A stretch of 64,000 bases of DNA from Octopus sinensis (GCF_006345805.1 NC_042998.1:178064001-178128000); one strand, 5' to 3'. Positions 49,982-63,242 are shown, counted from the first letter of the stretch. Numbers and translations: made by a program. Notes: generated by a model from the sequence alone, not told the origin.

Positions 49982-51356
49982 AACAATTGAGGGTAAAATT
50001 AATTAATTATTAATCAATTTCACCAAGTATTCAGTATGTAAAGGGACCATTTAAGGCGAATTCAAATTATTACATTATATAAAAGGGCTTAGTAAAATAA
50101 ATTACTTTGCCACATACTGAACTCATTAGAAATAGTAGCTAAAAAAAAACTTTTTTAAAACTATTTCTAATACTTAAAGAAAATCTCTCTCATATAGTGT
50201 TTGCTCAATTCAACTCACGAAAGTATGGGGGTAAAGACATTAAAAAATCAAATGCAAAGGTTATTTGAGAACGTACGTTTCAAGATTAGTCAACTCGACA
50301 TTTCTATCATCGGCTCAGAACTCCTTGGTTTGGATTTGAAAACACTGAAAGTGGGAGCATACCCTTTCGGCTTCTTATCGCTTCTGAAGATCTGCTCGAA
50401 ACTAACAGTGCCAGCAAACCCAAAATATGCAAGCGAAGAATTTCTGCTCTCCCCTTTCCACCAGCGTGGTTAAAATCAGTAAACACTATGCTTTTTCGGT
50501 AAAATCCGAAGCATTAAATAGAGAGAGATGAATTATAATTTTAACAATTGAGGGTAAAATTAATTAATTATTAATCAATTTCACAAGTATTCAGTATGTA
50601 AAGGGACCATTTAAGGCGAATTCAAATTATACATTATATAAAAGGGCTTAGTAAAATAAATTACTTTGCCACATACTGAACTCATTAGAAATAGTAGCTA
50701 AAAAAAAACTTTTTTAAAACTATTTCTAATACTTAAGAAAAATCTCTCTCATATAGTGTTTGCTCAATTCAACTCACGAAAGTATGGGGGTAAAGACATT
50801 AAAAAATCAAATGCAAAGGTTATTTGAGAACGTACGTTTCAAGATTAGTCAACTCGACATTTCTATCATCGGCTCAGAACTCCTTGGTTTGGATTTGAAA
50901 ACACTGAAAGTGGGAGCATACCCTTTCGGCTTCTATCGCTTCTGAAGATCTGCTCGAAACTAACAGTGCCAGCAAACCCAAAATATGCAAGCGAAGAATT
51001 TCTGCTCTCCCCTTTCACCAGCGTGGGTTAAAATCAGTAACACTATGCTTTTTCGGTAAAATCCGAAGCATTAAATAGAGAGAGATGAATTATAATTTTA
51101 ACAATTGAGGGTAAAATTAATTAATTATTAATCAATTTCACCAAGTATTCAGTATGTAAAGGGACCATTTAAGGCGAATTCAAATTATTACATTATATAA
51201 AAGGGCTTAGTAAAATAAATTACTTTGCCACATTAGAAATAGTAGCTATTTCTTAAGTATTCTTTAAGTATTAGAAATAGTTTTAAAAAAGTTTTTTAGC
51301 TACTATTTCTAATGAGTTCAGTATGTGGCAAAGTAATTTATTTTACTAAGCCCTTT

Positions 51357-51364
<8 letters not shown>
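49982..51364 (+). repeat. ~560-bp tandem repeat (about 2.25 units) ending in an inverted partial unit, between (TA)n arrays
   Basis: aacaattgagggt starts at 49982, 50543 and 51100; ~51255-51364 is the reverse complement of part of the unit. Confidence 0.95.
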
Positions 51365-51413
<49 letters not shown>

Positions 51414-51431
51414 TAGATATTTATATATATA

Positions 51432-51476
<45 letters not shown>

Positions 51477-51499
51477 ATAGATATATATATATATATATA

Positions 51500-52000
51500 C
51501 TTTCCACCCCTACCCCATCTTCACCCAACCATTCCAAACCTCCTCCCCACAACTCTGCACCCCCTCTTCCTGACCCCACTCATCCCACCACGCTGCTTCC
51601 TCGCACTGTTGTCACTATACCACCCAACCTCCCCCTCTCCGCTGCCGAGCGCTCTCTCCTCAGTAGGGGACTCCGCTTCACGCCTCTCACGCGCTACTGC
51701 GCCGAATTTGAGACCCGCACCGCCGTCAACCAGTTCCTGCGCCGCATCAAACTATGCGCGTATTTCCACACGTCCACATCACAGATTCAAAATGTGACCG
51801 CGTGTGTACCGTTGGCAATTTTTTTTCTCCGTCTTCCCTTCTTTGGATCTTTCTTTTTTCTATGTTTCTGACCAAGAGCTCCGCTTGAAACGTTAAACCC
51901 TCTTTCCTGCCTTCTTTCCTTAGCGTCCAATAATACTATATTGTTCAGGGCCTCGCGTTGTTGTGTTTTCTCTTCGTGTGTTCATGTTTGGATTAACTTT
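51500..52000 (+). mobile_element. Internally deleted Neptune-like PLE (ORF N-terminus joined to HHR tail)
   Basis: RTVVTIPPNLPLSAAERSLLSRGLRFTP..FETRTAVNQFLRRIKLCAYFH; HHR GTTT-CTGACCA-A-GAGC..-GAAAC-GT-T-AAAC at 51864-51898. Confidence 0.8.
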
Positions 52001-52105
52001 ATATATATATATGTATATGTATATATATATGTATGTACGTATGTATATATATATATATTATATATATATATATATATATTATATTAAATTAGAGACAAAA
52101 CCACT

Positions 52106-52351
52106 ATTAGGCAAATCATACAAGGAAAAACTTAAGCCAATACATAAGATTGTTTAAACCTCGCCAAGAGAAATATTTAAACCACCTGATGAATGACTGT
52201 GACTTGAAAATTTAAAGAAATTAACAGCCATGAAACGATCGTAGTGATATATTAATTATATTTTTTTAATAATTTTGTTATATATTTAAATAATATAAAT
52301 TAAATAATCTTATGTATTGGCTTAAGTTTTTCATTGTATGATTTGCCTAAT
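52106..52351 (+). mobile_element. 246-bp mini-element: 46-bp inverted repeats enclosing a hammerhead
   Basis: 52106-52151 versus 52306-52351 match at 45/46 as reverse complements; flanked by (TA)n. Confidence 0.8.
52183..52246 (+). ncRNA. Type-I hammerhead motif with intact catalytic core
   Basis: CAC-CTGATGA-ATGACTGT..ACAGCCAT-GAAAC-GATC-GT-A-GTG; predicted cleavage after 52243 (GUA). Confidence 0.8.
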
Positions 52352-52365
52352 ATATATATATATAT

Positions 52366-52775
52366 AGGCGCAGGAGTGGCTGTGTGGTAAGAAGCTTGCT
52401 AACCAACCACATGGTTCCGGGTTCAGTCCCACTGCGTGGCATCTTGGGCAAGTGTCTTCTGCTATAGCCCCGGGTCGACCAATGCCTTGTGAGTGGATTT
52501 GGTAGACGGAAGCTGAAAGAAGCCTGTCGTATATATGTATATATATATGTGTGTGTGTGTGTGTATGTGTTTGTGTGTCTGTGTTTGTCCCCCTAGCATT
52601 GCTTGACAACCGATGCTGGTGTGTTTACGTCCCCGTCACTTAGCGATTCGGCAAAAGAGACCGATAGAATAAGTACTGGGCTTACAAAGAATAAGTCCCG
52701 GGGTCGATTTGCTCGACTAAAGGCGGTGCTCCAGCATGGCCGCAGTCAAATGACTGAAACAAGTAAAAGAAATAA
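52366..52775 (+). mobile_element. Full-length family B SINE
   Basis: Head through tail ggcggtgctccagcatggccgcagtcaaatgactgaaacaagtaaaag. Confidence 0.95.
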
Positions 52776-52826
52776 AAATTAAAAAAATATACACTGGAGA
52801 AATTATAGAAAATGTATAAATAGACG

Positions 52827-52871
<45 letters not shown>

Positions 52872-52873
<2 letters not shown>

Positions 52874-53270
52874 CTCTTTTACTTGTTTCAGTCATTTGAC
52901 TGCGGCCATGCTGGAGCACCGCCTTTAATCGAGCAACTCGACCCCGGCACTTATTCTTTTGTAAGCCCAGTACTTATTCTATCGGCTTCTTTTGCCGAAC
53001 CGCTAAGTAACGGGGACATAAACACACCAGCATCGGTTGTCAAGCAAAGCTAGGGGGACAAACACAGACACACAAACACACACACGCATATATATATACA
53101 TATATACGACGGGCTTCTTTCAGTTTCCGTCTACCAAATCCACTCACAAGGCTTTGGTCGGCCCGAGGCTATAGTAGAAGACACTTGCCCAAGGTGCCAC
53201 GCAGTGGGACTGAACCCGGAACCATGTGGTTGGTAAACAAGCTACTTACCACACAGCCACTCCTGCGCCT
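52872..53270 (-). mobile_element. Full-length family B SINE, tail-to-tail with the previous copy
   Basis: Reverse complement of the same consensus, ~95 bp away. Confidence 0.95.
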
Positions 53271-53274
53271 ATAT

Positions 53275-53575
53275 AGGGGACTCCGCTTCACGCCTCTCAT
53301 GCCCCACTGCGCCGAATTTGAGACCCGCACCGACGTCAACCAGTTCCTGCGCCGCATCAAACTATGCGCGTATTTTCACACGTCCACACCACAGATTCAA
53401 AATGTGACCGCGTGTGTACCGTTGGCAATTTTTTTTCTCCGTCTTCCCTTCTTTGGATCTTTCCTTTTCCTATGTTTCTGACCAAGAGCTCCGCTCGAAA
53501 CGTTAAACCCTCCTTCCTGCCTTCTTTCCTGAGCGTCCAATAATACTATATTGTTCAGGGCCTCGCGTTGTTGTG
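53275..53575 (+). mobile_element. Duplicate of PLE segment 51664-51965
   Basis: Near-identical, and shares the CTGACCA (G8C) core mutation at 53478-53484. Confidence 0.85.
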
Positions 53576-54297
53576 TATATATATGTAGTAAATATATCTA
53601 AAATAATATTTCTTATGAAAGCGATGCAAGCTGTTTTGACAAGGTTGCATTTTATCCTATAAAACGTCTAAAATATTTTTGATCATATTTTTTTCTAACC
53701 AAGAAACTCGTTCATCTATTGATTTGTGTGGAGAGAAAAATGTTTTAATAAAACATTCCAGATTTCATTCTTTTCAAACTTCTAATATAAACATACTTCT
53801 TTTGTTGTTATCGGATGGTAATTATATTTAGATATGCGCTGCACATGTATAGACATAAAACACATGCACAACCCTGCCCCACACACAGACGCAAGAAGGA
53901 AAGAAAGTCCAGAAAATAAACAAAAGACGTCCCTCACTCACTGTCTATGTCGTCTCATCCTTGCCTTCCTCGCTTCCCCCATATATATATATATACATGC
54001 ACACACACAAACGTACACGCAGACTCACACAAACACACATACACATATATATACATGTATGTATATATATACACAGGGTGCAGTGAATATATTGTCGTCT
54101 AAATTACGCAAAAATGAAAATAACACTGATATCTCATTTTAACATATATATATTTATATATATAATCAAAAATATTCTTTATCCACGCATATTTATTCGT
54201 ACGTGTATATGAATATCTTAAGGATACTTATGTTTGTGATACCTATGTGCACGTTTATTTGTGACTGATGCACTTAACACTTGCGACACCAACAAAG

Positions 54298-54334
<37 letters not shown>

Positions 54335-54524
54335 CACACACACACACAAACGTACGCGCACACACACATAATGAACTTCATAAAGTTTTCTGCCTCTTTA
54401 TAAATTTCTTTTGTCATAAATAAAATTTAAGTAGAAAAATAAGATTTAAAACTTTTTGAATTGGTTCAGTTCTTTGTTGTCGCTTAAAAGATTTCCAATT
54501 ATCTTTCACAAATGTCTCCTCTAT

Positions 54525-54604
<80 letters not shown>

Positions 54605-54637
54605 TTTTCTTTCTTTCTTTCTTTCTTTCTTTCTTTT

Positions 54638-54673
<36 letters not shown>

Positions 54674-54690
54674 TTTTTCTTTCTTTCTAT
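54525..54690. repeat. (TTTC)n microsatellite
   Basis: Direct reading. Confidence 0.95.
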
Positions 54691-55040
54691 TTCGGTGTGT
54701 AAAATGTGCCAGAAACTAGAAGTTCGGAGTAGTGACGGAATAAAAGCTCTACTTCAAATGACTGCGTTTAACTATTTGTCAATCAGTTCATTTTCCATCC
54801 TTGTTGTTTAACGAAACGTACACGAAAATATACACATTCATTCACATATATCTATGTATGAATGTATTTATGTATGTGCATATTAATGTAAATATGTGTT
54901 TTCCTGCATTATTTTTTAAAAAATTTTTCACGAATGAGGAAAAGCCGGTTTCTAGCCTAGGAACAAGACTCATTAGAATGAGGACAACATAAGCGGACGT
55001 AGACATGTGTTGATTTTTAAGTATGGATTTTATAAATATC

Positions 55041-55230
55041 TACGATGGGGTGTTGAAAACTTTCTGGCGTTGGGTAAAAGAGAATACAGGAGGATTATTT
55101 AATTATGATTTTTTTCAACATATTCCCTTCTCAGATTCACACACTTATTGCAGTGCTCCGTCAGTTTTTCGAAGCCCTGTAAAAGAACTCGGAAGGTTGG
55201 AACTCCCACAAGGCCTTTCGCAATACTCTT
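55041..55230. mobile_element. Mariner-like terminal fragment
   Basis: TA+CGATGGGGTGTTGAAAACTTTCTGG resembles mariner TIRs (TACGAGGG...AAAAGTT); no partner TIR found. Confidence 0.5.
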
Positions 55231-55663
55231 AACGCGGGGAATGTATGTATATATGCATTATGTATGTAAAGATATATGCATATATCATATATGCATACGT
55301 TTACATATTCATATGCACACGCATACATAGCGGTATATCATTGCATATGTGAATATAAGCATGTGTGTATACGCACCTGTTACATGTTAAACTTCTTGAG
55401 TAGCTTGCATATTTTGATAATGTATTTGATGGCTTGCAGCTGTAATGTCATTAGGTCTATTCTTTCTGTTTTTTTGAAATCTATTTTTAATACTGAGACA
55501 GTAACTGAGGCAGTGTTGTGTCGATGCTCCCAGACGATGGAGCAGACTAGCCCAATACGTAGATAAAGAGGGAGAAGTCTAGACGTCGGAGGGTAGCAGT
55601 CGGAAAACAGAGTAGCGACGAGGATTTCGTAGCTCACACAGCCACTATGTAGTGTTGCGACAT

Positions 55664-56050
55664 GTGGAGGCGCAATGGCCCAGTGGTTAGGGCAGCGGAC
55701 TCGCGGTCGTAGGATCGCGGTTTCGATTCCCAGACCGGGCGTTGTGAGTGTTTATTGAGCGAAAACACCTAAAGCTGCACGAGGCTCCGGCAGGGATGGT
55801 GGTGATCCCTGCTGTACTCTTTCACCACAACTTTCTCTCACTCTTACTTCCTGTTTCTGTTGTACCTGTATTTCAAAGGGCCGGCCTTGTCACTCTCTGT
55901 GTCACGCTGAATATCCTCGAGAACTACGTTAAGGGTACACGTGTCTGTGGAGTGCTCAGCCACTTACATGTTAATTTCACGAGCAGGCTGTTCCGTTGAT
56001 TCGGATCAACCGGAACCCTCGTCGTCGTAACCGACGGAGTGCTTCCATCC
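55664..56050 (+). mobile_element. tRNA-SINE family C, full length, 13-bp TSD
   Basis: agtgttgcgacat at 55651-55663 and 56051-56063; A box TGGCCCAGTGG, B box GGTTTCGATTCCC. Confidence 0.95.
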
Positions 56051-57330
56051 AGTGTTGCGACATAACAGGCAGTTAGTCACATATCCGAGTGCAGCAATAA
56101 TTATAGGTAGAAATTAAGTTGAGATATTTGTCCTAATCTAGTAAGCTGGTCTCTTAAGCTTGCATCAAAATCTTGACAGGGATATACAACTAATATTCTT
56201 TCATATTACGTCTGATTATGCTCTCGATTATTTTTTCTATAAATTTCGTTGTATAATGTTCTGGCCAAGACGTCGTGCCTTATAGGTCGGTAATGCCGCG
56301 ATGACACTTTGGGCAACTACTTATGATGTGGAGGACATATGCAGATTAATTTCCCAGAGTTTGTATAGATTGTAGCATCTGTACAATATATATTCTGTTT
56401 ATTTTTCCTGGTCCTGTATTACAAAAACGTTTTCTTGAAAGTGAAAGATATGCATGAATGCATGAGATTGTAAATGTGAAAGTATTATAATTTTAATAAA
56501 CTCTTTACTTATTTATTTATAAATAAATAATCATCAACAAAGAAATTATAGGTTACACGAAATTTCTTGTGCTTAAAGACAGTAGTATATAACCACCTAT
56601 TAGTATTTGTAAACTAGTGCCAAAATAGACAGATGTGCAGAAAGAATGTCTCATTGAATACACCTTTTGAAAAATTTTTAAGGTTAAAGACAACCGTTAT
56701 GTTTGTGGACAGGTGATTAATCAGGTCGATTTAAGTCTTTAATAAAAGCGAAACACATTCAGAATTATCTTCTGCACTTTCCGAAATTATTGAAATAAAA
56801 TTAGTCACTGAGTTCGTGTAATTTCCTCGCTGTAAAATTAGTTTTGCTTTGCTACTCTCTTCATTAAATATCTCAACGTTAACTTAACTATTTATAAATT
56901 TCTAGTTGTTAGCTTCGTCATCAAAGCTCCACCTGCCTGCTAAGTAATCGCTGCTTTGTTGGAATCAAACGGTATTAACTTAAATGGCTTGTATAAAGCT
57001 CGTACATAATCGCCCAGTAGTGTCTGCCAATTAGATGTTTTCATTTTTTTCTAGACCTGCATGCGCCACATCATGTCAATTTCACAGTTCCTATTAAATA
57101 AACAGATTAATGATCTCTAGAATATCCATATATTTCTGGTGCCACACCGTTAATCAGTTTTCCAAAAGCTTCAGTAACTATCCGTAATAATGTTACTATT
57201 TATGCACTTTTCATTTCTTATATTCTGATATGATGTATTTTAGTTCAAATTCTTTTTATTTCAAAATTAACCAAAATTATTCAATATCATTTTGAGAAGG
57301 GTATTTTTTCACAAAATGTTTTAGATTACC

Positions 57331-57562
57331 TATTTCTTTACTACCCACAAGGGGCTAAACACAGAGAGGACAAACAAGGACAGACAAACGGATTAAGTCG
57401 ATTACATCAACCCCAGTGCGTAACTGGTACTTAATTTATCGACCCCGAAAGGATGAAAAGCAAAGTCGACCTCGGCGGAATTTGAACTCAGAACGTAACG
57501 GTAGACGAAATACGGCTACGCATTTCGTCCGGCGTGCTAACGTTTCTGCCGATCATCGCCAT
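57331..57562 (-). mobile_element. Family A SINE with perfect 19-bp TSD
   Basis: caaaatgttttagattacc at 57312-57330 and 57563-57581. Confidence 0.95.
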
Positions 57563-60503
57563 CAAAATGTTTTAGATTACCTTCGAGCATAAAAATGCAA
57601 ACGTGTGCTTGAGGAGTTGGTATTCATTGACGAATTCATGTTCAGTATCAGAATTTCTCATTTCATCTCGCTAATATATTTTAGAGTTGTTTATTTGATC
57701 CTATCTGTTTAAAATTTAGTTTAGCCGTGTGTTTTAGTCAAAGTTTTCTTGGTAGCTACTTAGAATATGGTAACCGATCTTGCAGGATCGGTTAACCGAT
57801 AGTATTTGAATACGGATTTTGTAGAACTTATAGCTGACATTTTCCTCAGCGAAACTTCTTAAAAAACTTACATATTTTGACAGTCCCTTTATTGGCTTAT
57901 AGCTGTAATTACCTGACTGGAAGCGTTCTTTCTAGTTTTGTGGACTCAGTTCCCCAAAGTTGAAATAAGGCTGCTAGTCACGTATCCAAATGCTTCAATA
58001 ATTATAGATATAAATCTAATGCGGATAATGTCTTTCTGTAAAGTAACTGAGAGTCAATTGTCTTTGTCTTAGACTCTGAATGTGTGTTGTTATCAGGAAA
58101 GTAGCTTCTAAACTTTCAGTTGGTAGTCCAGACATCTGTGCTTCTTCATGTGTTCTGATTAAGTACTCACTAAAGGGGAAAATATAGTCGATTACTGCTA
58201 AATATACTAGATATTTTATTTATAGCTATTTTATTGACTCCCCGAGAACGAAAATTAAATTCACTCATTACTTAATGATAATTAATTTTATTAACACCTT
58301 CGGATCACAGGCAATGCTAGCTTAAGCGGAACATTCATTTATAATGTACACGAATACATCTAAATACCGTACGACATTAATCCTGCGCAATAAATTCCAT
58401 TGTTAGTTAACTCAGGTTAAACTACTTACGTTTATATTACCAATCTCTCGAAGAATATTCACCGCCGTTATTAAAGCTATATTATGTTATATATCGGCGC
58501 GCTTCGTATCTTATCGGTTTCATGCAATTTATTTTTAAGAGGTCAGAAACACATAGACTCACAACATTTGAGCAGCTAGTTAGAAACATTATCCACTCAA
58601 CTATATAGAACAACTGTAAAAAGACCCCAGTGGAAGAATATAATAAACCAATTGCTTGAATGGTTCAATGCCTTTGAATGCAAATAAAGTTATTGGAACT
58701 CTCTAGATAAATTTTTACATAAATTGGAGAACTGTAGATAAGACATTGCTATGTCGGTTAGAAAAAGTGCCTCGTTATGTCATATTACTGATGTCAGTTG
58801 TACAAGTGATGTGGACGTCATATAACAGTCAGAATATCGGAGAATATCTATTGCCAGTTGATGTAGGACATGTACCTATCAAATTCCATTTATAAGTTTT
58901 AATTCATATCTATAATAATTGCCTTACTTTATATATTACCAAAGTTTTACAATGTAACCTGCAGAATTGGAGGTTACATTGGAGTTATATTCCAAGCTTC
59001 GAGCAGAAATGGCTTATTTCAATCCTCTAATTTCAATTCAGTAACTAATACATGCAACATTTTCAACATATCTCCAAACTTTGACATATTTGTATGCTGT
59101 CAGGTGATTGTGATGGTGTAGAGATTGTTTTTCTATTCGCATAAATACAAAAAAAGACCCATAAGTCTGAACATTAGGCGAGCACATGAGTTTGTCTTCT
59201 TGTAGTTGTCATAGATACCTCAGTTAGTTGAAACATAATCCTCGCCAGAAATCGCAGTCAACGGGATTGAGTGAAATTGAATACTTTAACTAAGAATCAA
59301 TCCTAAATCACAGACTCAGTTTCCCAAGAATTTATTCTGCGCCGTGCCCTTTGCACATTGATTAAAAGCTAACATTTATTAAAACGTAGAGGGTGAGGCA
59401 ATTCCATTTAAATTTGTATGCATATAACAATTTAAACTTAGTTTTAGAAATCAACTAAAAAGCCAGCCATCGTACGGTGCTACCTCCCGCAATTGTTCCT
59501 GTTTATAGCTAACTTGAGACAAGAGAAAGTTACATACCTCAGCACCAGTTGTTCTATATGAATTAATCATTCTTAAAAAAGCAAGAGTATTTATGAAGTC
59601 AGTTTTAGCTCTTGTGTTGTTTCAGACCAATAGATATTCTTTAAGTTAAATACCGCCTCTCGTACCATGCACTAAGTTATTTCTAATATAAGCACAAATG
59701 GTATTTTTTTAGTAGGGGTGAGCAAGTATAATCGATTAAACCCACGCCAGTAGTTCACTGGTACTTATTTTACCGATATCATAAATATGAACAGCATAGT
59801 GAATTTCGGCGGGAATGTAAAAGAACTTAAAAATAACACTCCATATTTCCTAGCAATTTTGGCCAACCCGCCTTTTTACTATTAAAGGAAAGTAAGTTAA
59901 ATATACAATAGATTTTATAATGGAACTATCTTCCCCTCAAAAGATTTATGATTTTGAAATACTCCTTGAAAACAAAGAAACAAAAAGGAAACACGCTCAG
60001 TAATACTTTCAGTTGATTTAACTGCAGGATATAACTCTCAATGAGAAATATTTGCCTCTTTTGAGTTGTGTACTGAATGATTTCTGAAATATGTATAGAA
60101 ACTGCAAGGTTTGTCTTTTATTGTTTAGTTCAAATCTCTCCAGAGGTTTTATTTCTAAAATATTCTCACTGAAGAAAAGGAAAAAACGAAACATTCAATA
60201 AAGTGGAATATCAGAAAAATATGATTTGTGTGTTTGATTTATTTACAAATTCGCGTAAAGAGTGTAGAAATAGAGAGAATATTTCGAGAAGGTAGCTTGA
60301 GAAAGACAGGGAAAAAATAAAAGCCTAAGGTTAATAGATAGGAGAAGTAGAATTCAAGTGACAGAAAAGGTTTCTAATGAAAGAGAGAAATTTCGAAAGG
60401 AGTGCAAAAGGAATAAGAATAGACATCAAAGAGAGGGAGAGGGTGAGAATGAATGCTACAAGGAACTGAACAATGAGCAGTCGGTTTACTTGGATATACA
60501 TGT

Positions 60504-60552
<49 letters not shown>

Positions 60553-60955
60553 TGTGTGCGTGTGAACCAGTAATTTCATATGTACTGAAACAAACAGGCG
60601 TATTACAATTCAACTCAGTAATATCAAATATATGTAGCAATTAATTTAAATTCACTTGCAATTTTAACTAGTTCTATATGTAGAATACTAACCATTAATT
60701 TATGAAAGTTTTCTCCTGAAGCCATTTGAATTTTGAAAAATAGTTACTATCATATCTTACACTGATATTAATAGAATGATAAATGCGTCGAAATCACTCA
60801 TTTATGACAACGTCTTCCGGGTTACGAAACAAAAACAAACTCTCCAGTGTATCCATGGTATCTACAGCGTATCAGAAATATCAGATTTAATCGTACTGTA
60901 CATATTACATACACTATAAAATAATTCAATTACATAGATTAGTCACATCCTATAG

Positions 60956-62079
60956 CAGAGGTAGGAAATCTTTTCACGCTGAAAAGCCACATTAAGTTAG
61001 TTATAATCTAATAAGGCTTCATTAAAGAAACTTCAATTAGATATTCTTCAAAATTTACATTATTTTTGTAAAAATCTATTGTGTACTAATTAATTTCAAA
61101 GAATGAAAACAAATTTGTTAATTCTAGAGTTAACTGAATTTTTAATGGCTTTGGTGCAACTGCTTTTTGTAGGAAAACATTTGAATATTTTGTTGCAACT
61201 AGGAGGTCTTCTATTTCAGGTGATCCTCTAGATGAGTATCCGTCATTCGTGACCTTAAAGCCGTCTTGATTTTAGTTAGACAGGAGAATGTAGATTCCCA
61301 GCAATTAGTGGTTGAAAAGCAGGAAAGTACTTTTCGTGCATGGTGTCGAAGCCATGGGCATTCTATTGCATTTTTCCATATTTCAATCGCATCTTTCTTA
61401 GTGTCAAATAAGGACTTTAAAATGCCATCTTCTAAGAGCTCAATCAATTCCATCTGTAGCATTTTAGGAGCCTTGGGGACACTAACTAGGTAAAGTTGAA
61501 ATGCTAATTTGAGTGTGATGTCATGATTCTCAAAATCAGTGAGCCTTTCATTGCATTCTCCAATTAGCAGCTGCGTATTCTTCAAAGGATTTGCATGAAT
61601 CCTCCTGTTTATCAATGGCCTTTGTTAACTGAGGAAAACGCTCATCTGAAATTTCCTTTTAAAGAAGAGTTTGAAAAAAGATAGCCTTGTTTCGACATGC
61701 TCGGATTTTTTGCCTCGTATCATATATAAACCTAGTTTTACCTTGCAAAGAATATTTAAGTCATTTTGTTTCGACATGCTATCACACAGAAATACAGCAT
61801 TTCTACATAATCTTCTTTCAGTAATTCACATTGCTAACCCTATTCTTCATAAAATTTAATTATCTGTTCTCGCAAAGATGAAATTTTTGCTAACACCTTT
61901 CCCAGCGATACAATGATATGGAAAATCCATAGTGTATACCGAATCATCCAACTTTAGAATATTATGAAATTGACGATGGCGCGTTGCATTTGCACGGATA
62001 TGGTTAACCATACTTATAACTTTTTGCGAAGTATCACTTAGAATAGTATATTTAGCACAAAGATTTTCTTGATATAAGA
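60956..62079 (-). mobile_element. hAT (Charlie/SPIN/GTF2IRD2-like) transposon 3' half with terminal repeat
   Basis: VNHIRANATRHRQF..; LQMELIEL..FSTTNCWESTFSCLTKIKTALRSRMTDTHL (dimerisation domain); CAGAGGTAGGAAA terminus at 60956. Confidence 0.85.
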
Positions 62080-62270
62080 TACGAGGTGTTATCAAAAGAT
62101 TCCCGGACTAGTTCGAATGAGAGCTAGCAATGGTCTTCATGAGGCAGTGTGCCGAGTGACACCGCTAGGTTTACTTCGCAGATTGTGAAATTTGTGATTT
62201 TTTAATTACGTGTATGTTGTTGTCTGGGATTTTGTTATGGACAGGAACAAAAAGCCAGCGTGAATCCTTC
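62080..62270. mobile_element. Mariner-like terminal fragment truncating the hAT element
   Basis: TA+CGAGGTGTTATCAAAAGATTCCCGGACT. Confidence 0.55.
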
Positions 62271-62645
62271 AAACTTGAGAACTACACAACCAATTTCATT
62301 CAAATTTTACACATGACTTACTTAGGGTCCATGTAGTGTCATGGGCAAAAAGTATGTAACTTCTTGCCTAGGGCGAGCCCACAGCAATATCACATCTTCT
62401 CCACTATTTCAGTATTACGTGTTAAAAGTGAAACAAAAGCATTTCTCTATTGTATGTATATACACACACACATATATATATATACATACATATATACATA
62501 TATATATACATACATATATACATACATACATATATATATATACATACATACATATATACATACATATATACATACATACATATACATATACATACACACA
62601 CATACATATACATACATATATATATACATACATACATACACATAC

Positions 62646-62676
<31 letters not shown>

Positions 62677-62860
62677 CATATATATATATATGTGTATATA
62701 TATATATAGATGTATATGTATACATATATGTGTATACATGTATGTCTAGATGTATATATAGATGTACATGTAATATGTACACATATATACACATATATAT
62801 ATGCATACATATATACACCCATACACACACAGCGATCCACCCCTCCCCACACATATACAT

Positions 62861-63185
62861 AGGTGCAGGTGTAGCTGTGTGGTAACAAACTTGGTTCCAA
62901 AACACATGGTCCTCAGTTCAGTCCCACTGTGCGGTAACTTAGCATGTGTTTCTGCTATAGCCTCAGTCTAACTAAAGCCTTGTCAGTGGATTTTGTTGAC
63001 AGAAACTGAAAGAAATCAATTGTATGTATATGTGTGAATATATGTAAGTCAATGTGTGTATCTTTGTGATTCTCCCTCAACACTGCTTCACAACTGGCGT
63101 TCGTTTATTTACATCCCCATAACTTACTGGTTTCACAAGAAGAAACATAGAATAAGTACCAGGTTTAGCAAAATATAAAAAAGCA
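62861..63185 (+). mobile_element. Old, diverged family B-related SINE
   Basis: aggtgcaggtgtagctgtgtggtaac..cagttcagtcccactgtgcgg..agaataagtacc. Confidence 0.75.
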
Positions 63186-63242
63186 CTATGCAGTGTCTCA
63201 TATTTTTGTTTGTCCACTCAGTTGTATCTATCAATTTATCTT

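Noticed and set aside
50385-50415. CTGAAGA..CGAAAC as a hammerhead
   Set aside because: Only 7 nt between core halves with no pairing, and no valid NUH site; left uncalled.
49982-51364. CRISPR-like or true satellite interpretation; repeated 90-aa ORF
   Set aside because: No repeat-spacer structure; ORF is frameshifted between units and has no known motif.
55664-55740. Genuine tRNA genes at the SINE heads (also 4140-4214, 20315-20378)
   Set aside because: Acceptor stems are incomplete and each is attached to a SINE or PLE body with TSDs or tails.
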